From contig JANYAG010000048.1 of the NCBI GenBank assembly GCA_025361465.1, forward strand, positions 1-43,901: 43,901 bases of DNA, written 5' to 3'. The DNA comes from Gemmatimonadota bacterium. Its GTDB lineage: Bacteria > Gemmatimonadota > Gemmatimonadetes > Gemmatimonadales > GWC2-71-9. The notes under the pieces were generated by a model, which saw only the letters and a list, made by a program, of their open reading frames with translations, had not been told where the DNA came from and made no database searches. The translations under genes and the position numbers were made by a program. Shown here piece by piece: positions 8,285 to 18,029 of the stretch. Numbering within the stretch: the first letter of the stretch is position 1; the number at the start of each line of letters is the position of its first letter.

Positions 8285-11200
8285 TCAATTGAACTTCGCC
8301 GCGCGTGCGATCCACTTCTCGAGGTCCTTCTCCTTGGAATTCAGCGGGGTGCCGGGATGGATGATCGCCACCGGGCAGCGCTCCGCGGCCGTGACCAACT
8401 GGGCGAACGTGCCAGCCTTGGGGTCCTTGATGACCGCCTGCTTGGTGGCGTTGTACACGAACATCTTCTTGTTGGCGTTGATGCATTCGTTGCACGTGGT
8501 GCAGCGCGCCGAATCGATCCACGGCGCAATGACCATGGCGTCGTCGTCTTCGGCCGTGGGCGCCGCGGCCACTGCGGCGACCGGGGCCTTGGCCGGCGCT
8601 GCCGAGGCCGGGACGTTCGTCACTGGTGCGGCGACCGGGGCGGCCCCGGCGGGCCGCGGCCGTGTCAACGCCGGCAACTCGGCCAGGAACTCCGCCACCG
8701 CCGCCGAGCCGCCAGCCTTGGTGAGCAGCGCCGACGCCAGCCGGCGCGCCATCTGCGCCGGATAGGTCGCGCGGAGGTCGGCCAGTTTCGCTTCATAGTC
8801 GGCCCGCAGCGAGGCCGTCCGGGTTTCGAATTCCGCCTCGACCGAGCTCGCCACCTGGTCGCGAACGCTCGGGGCGATCTCCAACCCGGCGAGTTGGCGC
8901 AGCTGTGACCAGAATTGCTGCCGCTCTTCCGCCAGGTGCACGATCTCGCTCGACACGCTGAGCCGGCGCAGCGTGCGATCCTTCGCGAGCGCCAGGATGT
9001 AGGGGGCATGACCATCGCGCTCCGCGGGGGCAAGCGCGAGATACTCGTGGAACGGCATCATCGCGTCGTCCCACGTGGTCGACGGCACCTCGGCGAAGTG
9101 TTGCTTGAAGCGGCCCTCGGTGGCGGCCCAATCGGCGATGGTCACCGGCAGTTCGAGGGTTTGCTCCGCCCCCGCGCCGTCGAGGTACTTCAACGTGTAG
9201 GTGGGCCAGGCGTCCTCGACCGAGGGATTGCCCTCGAGCGACAACTGGTCGGCATAGGTCGGCCCGGCCTCGGGGTCGAACGTGAGGAACGGGAACGCCC
9301 GGCTTTCCAGCGCCAGGCGAGCCGAGTGCTGCGACGAGTCGTCGGCCAGCCCGTGCTCGACCGGGCAGGGTGTGTACACATTGATCAGCACCGGGCGGCG
9401 CTTGTGCAGGCCCCTCAGCACGCCGCCAATCAGGTGCGACGCCGAGGCTTGCGACGTCTGGTGGACATAGACGCCGCGATGCGCGATGGCGATCAACGCC
9501 AGTTCCTTGCGGACTTCGGTCTTGCCATGCTGCGCCTTGCCGAAGCCGGACATGTCGGCCACCTGTCCCGTGAAGCCCGAGGTGCAGGCCTGGCCACCAG
9601 TGTTGGAGTACACCTGCGTGTCGAGCACCACGACGCGGATCGGCTTGCCGCTCGCCAGCAGGCGCGAGAGGTTCTGGAAGCCGATGTCGAGCATCGCGCC
9701 GTCGCCGCCCATCGCGACGATCGGCGGGCAGAGGGCGAATTCGTCGTCGGTGAACTGCTGCCAGGTGAGCAGCGCCAGGGCCGGTTCATGGAGCGCCGCG
9801 TCGTAGCCGCCGTCGGTCAGCAGTTCGGCGCGACGGATGAGGGCGAAGTTGTCCGCCATCTTGCGCATGTGGGCCTCGAACAGCCCGATCGCGACCGACG
9901 TCGAATCCTGGAAGAGATGGCTCACCCACGGGAACGGATACGGATTGTAGGGATAGGTGCCGCCCCAGACCGAAGAGCAGCCGGTGCTGTTGGCCATCCC
10001 CATCGGGGCACGCCCGGTGCCGCTCGGCCCCGCTTCGTAGCGCCACTTGAGGTCCTTCAGCGCGGCGATGGTGCGGTTGAGCAGCATCAGCTGCTCCTGC
10101 TTGGCCGCATCGATCGGCACGGCCACCGAGCCACCGCCCTGGGCGGCCGCATCGAGGTCGGCGCCCGAGGCGATCAGCTCACGCGCTTCCCGGTCAAGGG
10201 CAGCGAGCAGTTCGTCGAGATGGGCGACGTACCGCTCGATGCGCGGCTGCATCGACGCGAAGATCGAGGAGACGATCAGGTGGACCGCGGTCTTCTCGCC
10301 ACAGCCCATGCAGGCGCCGTCGCCGCCAACCATGGAACGGTAGGTGGCCTTCTTGAGCAGCAGCGAGGACAGCACGCCGATGCCCTCGTCCACATCGCTC
10401 ACGTTGACGAAGCGATTGTCGGTGTCGGGCAGCCGCTGCCAGATGGCCCAATTGCGGCGCAGCTGCTCGAGCGAGGCGTCATCCTGCCGGACCGACACGA
10501 GCGCGCCGTCGGGACAGACCTCGACGCAGAGATTGCACCCCTTGCAGGCCTCGGGATTGACCGTGATCGAGAGCAGGCCGCCGGAGCCCTTCTCCTTCCC
10601 TTCGATCGCGTCAAAGAACGGCCGGGTCCGCGCCACCGGGAACTCGGCCAGCCGCGGCTGCACCACCGCGAACTCCTGGTCGGTCGCCGCGCGACGATCG
10701 GCGTCCCACTTCAGCTTGTCCGCGACGGTCGCATAGCCCTTGGCGAACGCCTCGGTCACCGCCAGCGACGGCTCCTTGGCCAGGAGACGCTGGACTTCCT
10801 TGCCCCAGGGCTTGGCGACCGGCCGCAGGCGATCGACCGTGTGACTGGTGGCCGCCGCTCCGATCGCCGCAGTGATGACCTCCTCGGGGCTGTTGACCAG
10901 CCCGGGGATGGCGGCATCGGGACACTGGGTCCAGCACTGCGCACAGCCGGTGCAGTTGGCGGCCACGAACGCCGGGATCTCCATCCGCACGCCGCTCATG
11001 TCGCGCACCGCGCCGGTGGCGGCCGGGATCGCGCTGATCGCCGCAAACGGATCGGCGATGCCGTCCTGCCCCATCACGCAGAGCGAACACACCTGCTCCC
11101 AGAACCGGCCCGGATTGCCGATGCCCTGCTGGGCGTCGATCACGTCGAGCGAGCCGGGAATGTGCGGGACGGTGCCGAGCGCCATGCTCGCCTCGACCGC

Positions 11201-13321
11201 CGTGGCATCCACCACCAGCACCTGGTCAAACCCGCGGCGAATGACGCGGAGGTTGTCTTCCACCACCGCCTCGCCGCGATGGCCGAACTTCTTCTTGAAC
11301 TGGGCACGGATGCCCTCGAACAGGCGGGCTTCGGTCGTCTCCTCGCGCTGCAGCAGCGGCGAGGTGTTGAAGAAGGCCCCGAGGAACGCCGCACCCTGCA
11401 TCCGGTAGCGCAACTCGACGTCGGACGCTTCTTCCCGCGCGATGGCGAAGGCGTCGAGCACATAGACCCGGATCTTCCGCTCGCGGATGGTCGCGCGCGC
11501 CTGGGCCGGAAGGGTGAGCCAGAACTCGGCCGGGCTCAGGTCGCTCTGGATCACGAAGACGCCACCCGCGGCGAGGCCGGCGAGCGGATCGCTGTGCCGG
11601 AAGACATTCGGGTCGGGCGAGAGGACGACATCGACGTGCCGGAGTTCGCAGTTGAGGCGCACCGGCTCGTGCGACAGCACGGCATAGAACGTCGTCGGCT
11701 GACCCTTCTTTTCCGAGCCGTACTTGGGATTGGCCTTGATCTGCATCCCGAAGAGCTCGAACGCCGTCATCGCGAGGTTCTTGCCCATCGTGATGGCGCC
11801 CCAGCCACCGACGGAGTGGATCCGCACCGCGGTCGAGCCTTCGGGCAGGAGGTTCAGGTCGCCGGCCGACGTGAGCGACAGCTCCCCGATCTCGGGATAG
11901 CTGTCGAGCATCCGTTCCTGCCAGATCTGCAACTTCGGGAGCTTGGTCTCGCGGCGGATGAAGTCGATGCCCAGGTAGAACTGGCGCTTCTGGGCGCCCT
12001 TGGGCAGCATGTTGTCGACGGCCGCGACGATATCGCCGGGCTGCAGGTCGCGGCTGCCGAGGCCGAAACAGCCGGAATGGAAGTTGGGCACCTGGCCTGC
12101 GCCGAGCGCGGCGAGCCCCGGGAATGCGACGGCGCCGCCGGTCGCGACGCGGCCGTTCTCGACCGCCTGCGAGATGGCCGAGCGGATTTCGCGCAGCAGC
12201 GGGGGATCAACAGCCAGCGGCTGGTCGGTACGCTCGAGGACGACGACAGCCTTCTTGCCGGCGAGGGCATGACTGATCAGGTCGGCCGGGAACGGCCGGA
12301 ACATCGTCAGGTTGAGGACACCAATTGCCAGGCCACGCGTGGCGCGCAGGTGATCGACCACCGCCTCGGCATTGGCGACGACCGAGCCCTGTCCGACGAT
12401 CACGTATTCCGCATCGTCGAGACGGTAGCCGGAGACCCGGGCGTACCGGCGACCGGTGAGGGCGGCGAACTCGGCGAACGCCTGGTCGGTCAGGCTGGTG
12501 ATGTGATCGAAATAGAAGGGCCGCTGGGCGGCGACACCTTGGGCGTAGCTGTCCTGGTTCTGCACCACGCCGAGCATCGCCGGGTAATCGAAGTCGAACA
12601 TCTCCGGAATCCGGCGGCGCATCTCCCCGAACACCAGGCGCTGTGACGGCGTCGGCGAGGGGATCATGTCGGCGGGATCGCCGAGATACGTCTTGATGAG
12701 TTCGCGCTCCGGGAGGAGGAGCGACTCGATCACATGGGAGGTGAGGAAGCCGTCCTGGGCGCAGATGCCCGGGTTGAGCGACAGCTCGGCGATCCGGTGG
12801 GCGACCAGGTTGAGGTCGGCCGCTTCCTGGACATCCTTGGCGAACAGCTGGAAGAAGCCGGTGTCGTCGACCGCGTGATAGTCATCGTGACCGGCGTGGA
12901 CATTGAGGGCGTGCTTGGTCATCGCGCGGGCGGCGATGTTGAGCACATACGTCAGCCGCTTGCCGACGGCCGCGTAGAGCGACTCGTGCATGTAGGCGAT
13001 GCCCTGCCCGCTCGAGAAGTTGGTCGCGCGCAGGCCGGACATCGCCATCCCGGCGGTGACCGCGGCGGCGGCATGCTCGCCTTCGGGTTCGAAGAAGAGG
13101 AGGCGCCGGCCGTTGACGTTCAGCTTCCCTTCGGCGACCGCCTGGGCCCACCCTTCACCCATCTGGGTGGAGGGAGTGATCGGATAGGCGCCGGCCGCCT
13201 CGCCGGCGGCAATCTCCATGGCCACGACCGCGGCGCTGCCGTCGAGCGCCTCCAGCGTGCCGGGATAGCGCGGCGTTTCGGGCGCCTTGGAACTGCGCGG
13301 ACTGCGAAGAATCGACGTCAT
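8285..13321 (-). CDS. Large fused pyruvate/2-oxoacid:ferredoxin oxidoreductase (NifJ/PFOR-like, 1678 aa) with an extra C-terminal ferredoxin domain
   Basis: AYPITPS, NPKYGSEKKG, CTGCAQCWTQCP, CKGCNLCVEVCP, GACMGCGE, ANSTGCSSVWGG, GGDG...DTQVYSNTGGQ, and C-terminal CTTCNEC...RCP. ATG13321 overlaps the rnfB stop (ATGA). Confidence 0.92.
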   Translation of the reverse strand: MTSILRSPRSSKAPETPRYPGTLEALDGSAAVVAMEIAAGEAAGAYPITPSTQMGEGWAQAVAEGKLNVNGRRLLFFEPEGEHAAAAVTAGMAMSGLRATNFSSGQGIAYMHESLYAAVGKRLTYVLNIAARAMTKHALNVHAGHDDYHAVDDTGFFQLFAKDVQEAADLNLVAHRIAELSLNPGICAQDGFLTSHVIESLLLPERELIKTYLGDPADMIPSPTPSQRLVFGEMRRRIPEMFDFDYPAMLGVVQNQDSYAQGVAAQRPFYFDHITSLTDQAFAEFAALTGRRYARVSGYRLDDAEYVIVGQGSVVANAEAVVDHLRATRGLAIGVLNLTMFRPFPADLISHALAGKKAVVVLERTDQPLAVDPPLLREIRSAISQAVENGRVATGGAVAFPGLAALGAGQVPNFHSGCFGLGSRDLQPGDIVAAVDNMLPKGAQKRQFYLGIDFIRRETKLPKLQIWQERMLDSYPEIGELSLTSAGDLNLLPEGSTAVRIHSVGGWGAITMGKNLAMTAFELFGMQIKANPKYGSEKKGQPTTFYAVLSHEPVRLNCELRHVDVVLSPDPNVFRHSDPLAGLAAGGVFVIQSDLSPAEFWLTLPAQARATIRERKIRVYVLDAFAIAREEASDVELRYRMQGAAFLGAFFNTSPLLQREETTEARLFEGIRAQFKKKFGHRGEAVVEDNLRVIRRGFDQVLVVDATAVEASMALGTVPHIPGSLDVIDAQQGIGNPGRFWEQVCSLCVMGQDGIADPFAAISAIPAATGAVRDMSGVRMEIPAFVAANCTGCAQCWTQCPDAAIPGLVNSPEEVITAAIGAAATSHTVDRLRPVAKPWGKEVQRLLAKEPSLAVTEAFAKGYATVADKLKWDADRRAATDQEFAVVQPRLAEFPVARTRPFFDAIEGKEKGSGGLLSITVNPEACKGCNLCVEVCPDGALVSVRQDDASLEQLRRNWAIWQRLPDTDNRFVNVSDVDEGIGVLSSLLLKKATYRSMVGGDGACMGCGEKTAVHLIVSSIFASMQPRIERYVAHLDELLAALDREARELIASGADLDAAAQGGGSVAVPIDAAKQEQLMLLNRTIAALKDLKWRYEAGPSGTGRAPMGMANSTGCSSVWGGTYPYNPYPFPWVSHLFQDSTSVAIGLFEAHMRKMADNFALIRRAELLTDGGYDAALHEPALALLTWQQFTDDEFALCPPIVAMGGDGAMLDIGFQNLSRLLASGKPIRVVVLDTQVYSNTGGQACTSGFTGQVADMSGFGKAQHGKTEVRKELALIAIAHRGVYVHQTSQASASHLIGGVLRGLHKRRPVLINVYTPCPVEHGLADDSSQHSARLALESRAFPFLTFDPEAGPTYADQLSLEGNPSVEDAWPTYTLKYLDGAGAEQTLELPVTIADWAATEGRFKQHFAEVPSTTWDDAMMPFHEYLALAPAERDGHAPYILALAKDRTLRRLSVSSEIVHLAEERQQFWSQLRQLAGLEIAPSVRDQVASSVEAEFETRTASLRADYEAKLADLRATYPAQMARRLASALLTKAGGSAAVAEFLAELPALTRPRPAGAAPVAAPVTNVPASAAPAKAPVAAVAAAPTAEDDDAMVIAPWIDSARCTTCNECINANKKMFVYNATKQAVIKDPKAGTFAQLVTAAERCPVAIIHPGTPLNSKEKDLEKWIARAAKFN

Positions 13322-14157
13322 GCTTCCGTGCTCCCAGCCAAAGACGGCATGCGGACGAATTGCGCTCCGTCCAGCCATACGATCGCGCCGGTCGGACAGC
13401 GGGTCACTGCCTGCCGATCGGCCTGTGCGTTGAGTTCATAGTTCACTGTCGCCACACCACTGCTGACACTGATCAGTCCCGGCGCGGCATCCTGCACGCA
13501 CTTGCCGCAGGTCGTGCACGCCACCTGACACTGGTCCAGCACCTCGTCGCCGGCGAGGAGGTTCTTGCACTGCACCAGGAGCCGTTGTTCCACGGGCTGG
13601 AGCACGAACAGTCCCTTCGGGCAGGCCTCGACGCAGTCACCACACGCAGTGCAGGTGACCGGGTCGACCACCGGGAGCCCGGTGTCGCTCATCGTGATCG
13701 CCTTGAAGGCGCACACCCGAGCGCAATCGGCGAGGGAGAGGCAGCCCCAGGCGCAGCCCTTCCCGCCTCCGGCCACGGCCGCGGCCGCGGCACACGTGGG
13801 GAGCCCGCGGTATTCGGCCTGCGACACCGCGACGTCGGTTCCGCCGGCACAGAGCAGTCGCGCGACGCGCCGCTGTGCGGTCCCCGCCGCGACGCCGAGG
13901 AAACCGGCAATCGCCTTGTGCACATCATCGCTGCCCACCGAACACTTCGTCGGCGCGATGATCCCCTCAACCGCCTGCTCGGCAAACGCCCGGCAGCCCG
14001 GCAGCCCGCACGCGCCACAGTTGGCGTTGGGCAGCATCGAGGCGACCGCGTCGATCCGGGGATCTTCCCAGACCCACAGCTTCCGGTTGGCCAGCGCGAT
14101 GAAGACCGCGAAGACCAGCCCCACTCCACCAACAATCAGGATCGCGAGCAGTGTCAT
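13318..14157 (-). CDS. rnfB: Rnf electron transport complex subunit B (polyferredoxin)
   Basis: N-terminal TM, EDPRID, LPNANCGACGLPGC, CAWGCLSLADCARVC, CTACGDCVEACP, CTTCGKC...CPTGAI. Confidence 0.92.
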   Translation of the reverse strand: MTLLAILIVGGVGLVFAVFIALANRKLWVWEDPRIDAVASMLPNANCGACGLPGCRAFAEQAVEGIIAPTKCSVGSDDVHKAIAGFLGVAAGTAQRRVARLLCAGGTDVAVSQAEYRGLPTCAAAAAVAGGGKGCAWGCLSLADCARVCAFKAITMSDTGLPVVDPVTCTACGDCVEACPKGLFVLQPVEQRLLVQCKNLLAGDEVLDQCQVACTTCGKCVQDAAPGLISVSSGVATVNYELNAQADRQAVTRCPTGAIVWLDGAQFVRMPSLAGSTEA

Positions 14158-14179
14158 CGTGACGATTTCCGCATCGGTA

Positions 14180-15181
14180 TCAGCTCTCCCCCAGCCCGGA
14201 TGCACCAAGCAGCCACGCCGCGATCTTCTCCACCGCATCGTCGCCGCTGCCTGCGCGCGGAGCCGATCCGGCACTCGCCGGCGCGGCGATCGGTGCGCGA
14301 GCCAGATCTTCCAGCATGGTTCGGTCTTCCGCCATCTGCCAGGCGCTCATGCCACTGATGGCACGCTTGGGCACCTCGCCCAGCGTCCCCACCGTCAACC
14401 GCTGCCACGGCTCGCGCCCGGCGGCCGGGTCGTGGCAGAAGACCGCGGCGCCGGCCGGCATCACCGCCCCGATCGCCGGCCCGTCAGACAGGGCGACCCG
14501 ATCGAGTCCGCTGCCGTCGATGGTCTGCAACACCAGCGTACCGGGGGTGATGCAGCGCGCGAGTGGCGCCGGCGCCGACGCGCCCCGCACCACCAGCACG
14601 ATCTTCTCGCGACCGTCGGCAAAATCACTCAGGGCCCCGACGTGCAGGTCGGCCCCGTCGAGCGAGACGATCAGGGGCGGGGCGTACCGCCGCTCGGTCT
14701 TGCCCCAGGCACGGAAGTCCAGCGGATCGAGCAACCGATCATGCTCGCTGGCCTGGTAGCGTCCCCCGCGCACCACATCGGTCAGGATCACCGCACCAAA
14801 TGCCCGCCCGAATTCCGCCAGCGCGTCGTTGACCGTGGCACCCAGTCGGCCGCCCGTGGGGAGAGCGATCAGGAAGGCATCCGTGCCGCGCTCGGCGATC
14901 GCGCGCAGCGTGGCGCTGGCACGAGTGAGCGCGGCCACCGCCGCGGGGGACACCGGCGGCACCGCGGGGAAGAGCGTGGCGAACCGCGCCGCGTCCACCC
15001 GGCCGGCTGCAAATTGTCCCAGTGCAATCCCGGCGCGACCGGCCTGCTGACTGCTGTCGGCGGCCTGCTCCGCGAGGAACGCTTCGGCGAGGGCGAGGGC
15101 GCGTTGAATGATCGCGCGAAATTCGGCGATCGGCCGCTCCATGGCCGCCGTGGCCAGGGCAAAGCGCGCGTCAGACGGCAT
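14180..15181 (-). CDS. Hypothetical protein, apparent degenerate paralogue of the PFOR TPP-binding domain
   Basis: The 333-aa ORF fills the korB-rnfB gap with an 11-nt overlap to korB. It shares colinear blocks with the PFOR in this window (see findings). Confidence 0.8.
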   Translation of the reverse strand: MPSDARFALATAAMERPIAEFRAIIQRALALAEAFLAEQAADSSQQAGRAGIALGQFAAGRVDAARFATLFPAVPPVSPAAVAALTRASATLRAIAERGTDAFLIALPTGGRLGATVNDALAEFGRAFGAVILTDVVRGGRYQASEHDRLLDPLDFRAWGKTERRYAPPLIVSLDGADLHVGALSDFADGREKIVLVVRGASAPAPLARCITPGTLVLQTIDGSGLDRVALSDGPAIGAVMPAGAAVFCHDPAAGREPWQRLTVGTLGEVPKRAISGMSAWQMAEDRTMLEDLARAPIAAPASAGSAPRAGSGDDAVEKIAAWLLGASGLGES

Positions 15182-16127
15182 AGCGATCCAGCTCCGCTTC
15201 CATCAGGGTGATCCGCTCGTCGGCGGTGCGCGGCGCCACGCGCAGGAGGTCTTCGTAGCGCGGCCGCGACGGATCGCGGAACAGCACACCGAGGTGGATG
15301 TGGTCGGTGCTCTCGGCGATTCGGCGCGCCGCGTCGAGATCATGCGGATCGTGCGCGACCTGGGTCTTGTAGATCTTCTCGAGATCAGGCACCACCACGC
15401 CGTCGTCGTGGGTCAGCAACGCAATGCGGGCGGGGTCCTGCACCGCCGCCTGGTAGACGGCCGCGGAGTACACCGGACACCGCTGCAGGATGCGCACGAA
15501 GCTCAGGCCGCGATGGTGATAGGCCTCTCGCAGCGTGGCATAGAGGTGCGCCGGGGCCCACTCGGCGGTCTGGGCCACGAACGAGGCGTTGGTCACGCCC
15601 AGCGACACCGTGAGCGGATTGAGCGACGGAAGCCGACTCCCGTTCGGTTGCGTGTTGCTGGGAAATCCCTGCGGGGTGGTCGGTGAGGTCTGCTTCTTCG
15701 TCAGCGCGTAGATGCCGTTGTCGAGGAGGAGGACCGTCATGTTGATGTTGTAGCGCAGGGCGTGGATCCAGTGCGCCGCACCGATCGACGTGCAGTCGCC
15801 ATCGCCCATGACAACAAAGACCGTGAGGTCGGGACGGCTCAGCTTGACGCCGGTCGCCACCGGCAGCGCGCGGCCATGGATGCCGTGGAAGCCGTAGGTC
15901 TTGAGATAATGCGGAAACCGGCTTGAGCAGCCGATGCCCGAGACGAACACCGTCTGTTCCGGGGTGAGCTGCTCGGCGGTCAGCAGCCGCTGCACCGCGG
16001 TCAGGACCGAATGATCGCCGCAACCGGGGCACCAGCGCGCGCGCGCGCCCTCGTAGTCACTCAGCTCGTACTCGGCATCGTGCTCGTCCGGCTGCAGGAC
16101 CGGCAGGAGCCCGCAGGCGATTGTCAT
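15171..16127 (-). CDS. korB: 2-oxoacid:ferredoxin oxidoreductase beta subunit
   Basis: WCPGCGD, VSGIGCSSRFP, HGIHGRALP, MGDGD, DNGIYALTKKQTSPTT, QRCP; ATGA overlap with the alpha subunit. Substrate not determinable. Confidence 0.9.
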   Translation of the reverse strand: MTIACGLLPVLQPDEHDAEYELSDYEGARARWCPGCGDHSVLTAVQRLLTAEQLTPEQTVFVSGIGCSSRFPHYLKTYGFHGIHGRALPVATGVKLSRPDLTVFVVMGDGDCTSIGAAHWIHALRYNINMTVLLLDNGIYALTKKQTSPTTPQGFPSNTQPNGSRLPSLNPLTVSLGVTNASFVAQTAEWAPAHLYATLREAYHHRGLSFVRILQRCPVYSAAVYQAAVQDPARIALLTHDDGVVVPDLEKIYKTQVAHDPHDLDAARRIAESTDHIHLGVLFRDPSRPRYEDLLRVAPRTADERITLMEAELDRYAV

Positions 16128-18016
16128 GCTGCACCTCCCCGCGGCATCCGCTCGCGAATGGCATCCACAATGGATCCGGGACGCAACGGCTCGCCCGGGA
16201 CCCGGGTCCAGCAATCGACGTCCACGAGCGTGGTCGCGCGCAACAGCCAGCTCAGCTGCCCGCGGCGACGGTTCTCCTCCGTGATGAACGGGTCACCCAG
16301 TTCATCGCTGTAGTTGATCTCCACCGTGCAGACCTTCTTGAACTTCGCGAAGATCGCCTTCAGGCCCGGCTCAAGGGGCGAGAGGAAGCGCAGGTGCACC
16401 GATGAAACCCGCATCCCCTCGCGCTTCGCCCGATCCACCGCTTCCTCGATCGCGCCCTTGGTGCTCCCCCAGCCGACCAGCAGCAGGTCGCCCTGGTCGT
16501 CCCCGTACACCGGCGGTGGCGTCAGCATGTTCTGCAGCACGGCCAGCTTGCGGCTGCGCATCGCCGAGCTGTGCTGATGCACGCCCGAGCTGTAGGCCAC
16601 CTTGCTGCGGTTGTCGTGTGAGAGACCGGTGACGGTGTAGGCCCCGCCCGGCTGCCCAGGAATGATCCGCGGGGAAAGCCCGGTCTCCTCGTTCCAGTCG
16701 TAGGCGTGCTGTCCGGCGGCGACCGGCGGCAGGTCGAGCGGAGCCGCCTGCCAGCGGGCATCCAGCTTCGGCCGGGGAAACGGCGTCACACCGGTGGCGA
16801 GGTTGGCGTCGCTGAGCACCATCACCACGGTGCGGAATGCCTCGGCGATCCGGCGCGCGGTGATCATGACATGGAAGCACTCTTCGATCGTGGCAGGCGC
16901 CAGGACCACGTGCGGGGAGTCGCCGGGACTGGCGTACATCGCCGCGAGCAGGTCCGACTGCTCCACCTTGGTCGGCAGCCCCGTGCTGGGACCGCCGCGC
17001 TGCACATCGATGAGCACCAGCGGCATCTCGGTCATCACGGCCAGGCCGAGGAACTCCGTCTTGAGCGCAAGCCCCGGCCCCGACGTCACGGTGAGCGCCA
17101 CCTTGCCGGCGTAGGATGCGCCGATCGCCACGCCCACGGCGGCGATCTCATCCTCCGCCTGGTGCACCACGCCGCCGAAGCGTTCGAACACTTCGCTCAG
17201 GTAGTGCGACACCGAGGTCGCCGGGGTGATCGGATACATCGCGCAGAGCTCCATCCCGGCGGCGACCGCCCCGAGACCCAGCGCCTCGTTGCCGTTCATC
17301 ACGATCAGTGGCTCGGTGACCGGTGCTGGCGGCACCTCGATGCGGAAGTCGATGTGCGCTTCAGCCCAGGCGTAACCGAGCATGAGCAGGGCGACGTTCT
17401 GTTCGTAGACCTGTTCACTCTTCTTGCGGAAGGTCTCGGCGATCTGCTCCTTGATGCGCGCCATGTCGCTGGTGTAAATGCACGCCAGCATTCCGAGCGC
17501 GAACATGTTCTTCCCCTTGCGGGGATTGTCGACGAGGGTGAGGCACTCCACCTCCATCGGCACCGGGATGATGCGGTAGTGCTGGCCCGAGAGCTCGGCC
17601 ATCCCGGCTTCCCAGGCGGCGCGAATGTCCGCGTCCTCGTCGCTGGCCCACTTGTCCTCGACCAGCAGCACGGCGTCAGGCGCCAATGCCTCCAACCGAT
17701 GCCGGGCCAGCAAGACCTGCTCGTTGAAGGCGACGACGAGGTTGGTCGAATCGCCCCAATTGGTCACCGGTCGTTCGCCGATGCGAATCCGGAAGCCGCT
17801 GGCGCCTTCGGGAATCCGCGGCGGCGGCTGGATCTCGGCCGGAATGATCTCAACGGTCCAGACGCCGTTACCCATCTTGGCGCAGACCGCGCCGAAGATC
17901 TGGCCGCACTTCTGGGCGCCTTCCCCGGAGTCGGAGACGATCTCGAGGGTGTGCTCGGGCAGTCGCCGGACGCGCGGCTTGGTCGGGACAATGGTGGCGG
18001 ACGTGGTGGCAGTCAC
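16124..18016 (-). CDS. korA: 2-oxoacid:ferredoxin oxidoreductase alpha subunit (gamma-alpha fusion)
   Basis: SDSGEGAQ, KNMFALG, MNGNEALGLG, YPITPAT, QAEDEIAA, TSGPGLALKTE, VQRGGPSTGLPTKVEQSDL; GAGGA RBS before GTG18016. Confidence 0.92.
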   Translation of the reverse strand: MTATTSATIVPTKPRVRRLPEHTLEIVSDSGEGAQKCGQIFGAVCAKMGNGVWTVEIIPAEIQPPPRIPEGASGFRIRIGERPVTNWGDSTNLVVAFNEQVLLARHRLEALAPDAVLLVEDKWASDEDADIRAAWEAGMAELSGQHYRIIPVPMEVECLTLVDNPRKGKNMFALGMLACIYTSDMARIKEQIAETFRKKSEQVYEQNVALLMLGYAWAEAHIDFRIEVPPAPVTEPLIVMNGNEALGLGAVAAGMELCAMYPITPATSVSHYLSEVFERFGGVVHQAEDEIAAVGVAIGASYAGKVALTVTSGPGLALKTEFLGLAVMTEMPLVLIDVQRGGPSTGLPTKVEQSDLLAAMYASPGDSPHVVLAPATIEECFHVMITARRIAEAFRTVVMVLSDANLATGVTPFPRPKLDARWQAAPLDLPPVAAGQHAYDWNEETGLSPRIIPGQPGGAYTVTGLSHDNRSKVAYSSGVHQHSSAMRSRKLAVLQNMLTPPPVYGDDQGDLLLVGWGSTKGAIEEAVDRAKREGMRVSSVHLRFLSPLEPGLKAIFAKFKKVCTVEINYSDELGDPFITEENRRRGQLSWLLRATTLVDVDCWTRVPGEPLRPGSIVDAIRERMPRGGAA

Positions 18017-18029
18017 GGGGTGAGCATCC

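Noticed and set aside
8915-12646. 1243-aa + strand ORF
   Set aside because: Antisense shadow of the PFOR gene caused by high-GC codon bias; no recognisable motifs.
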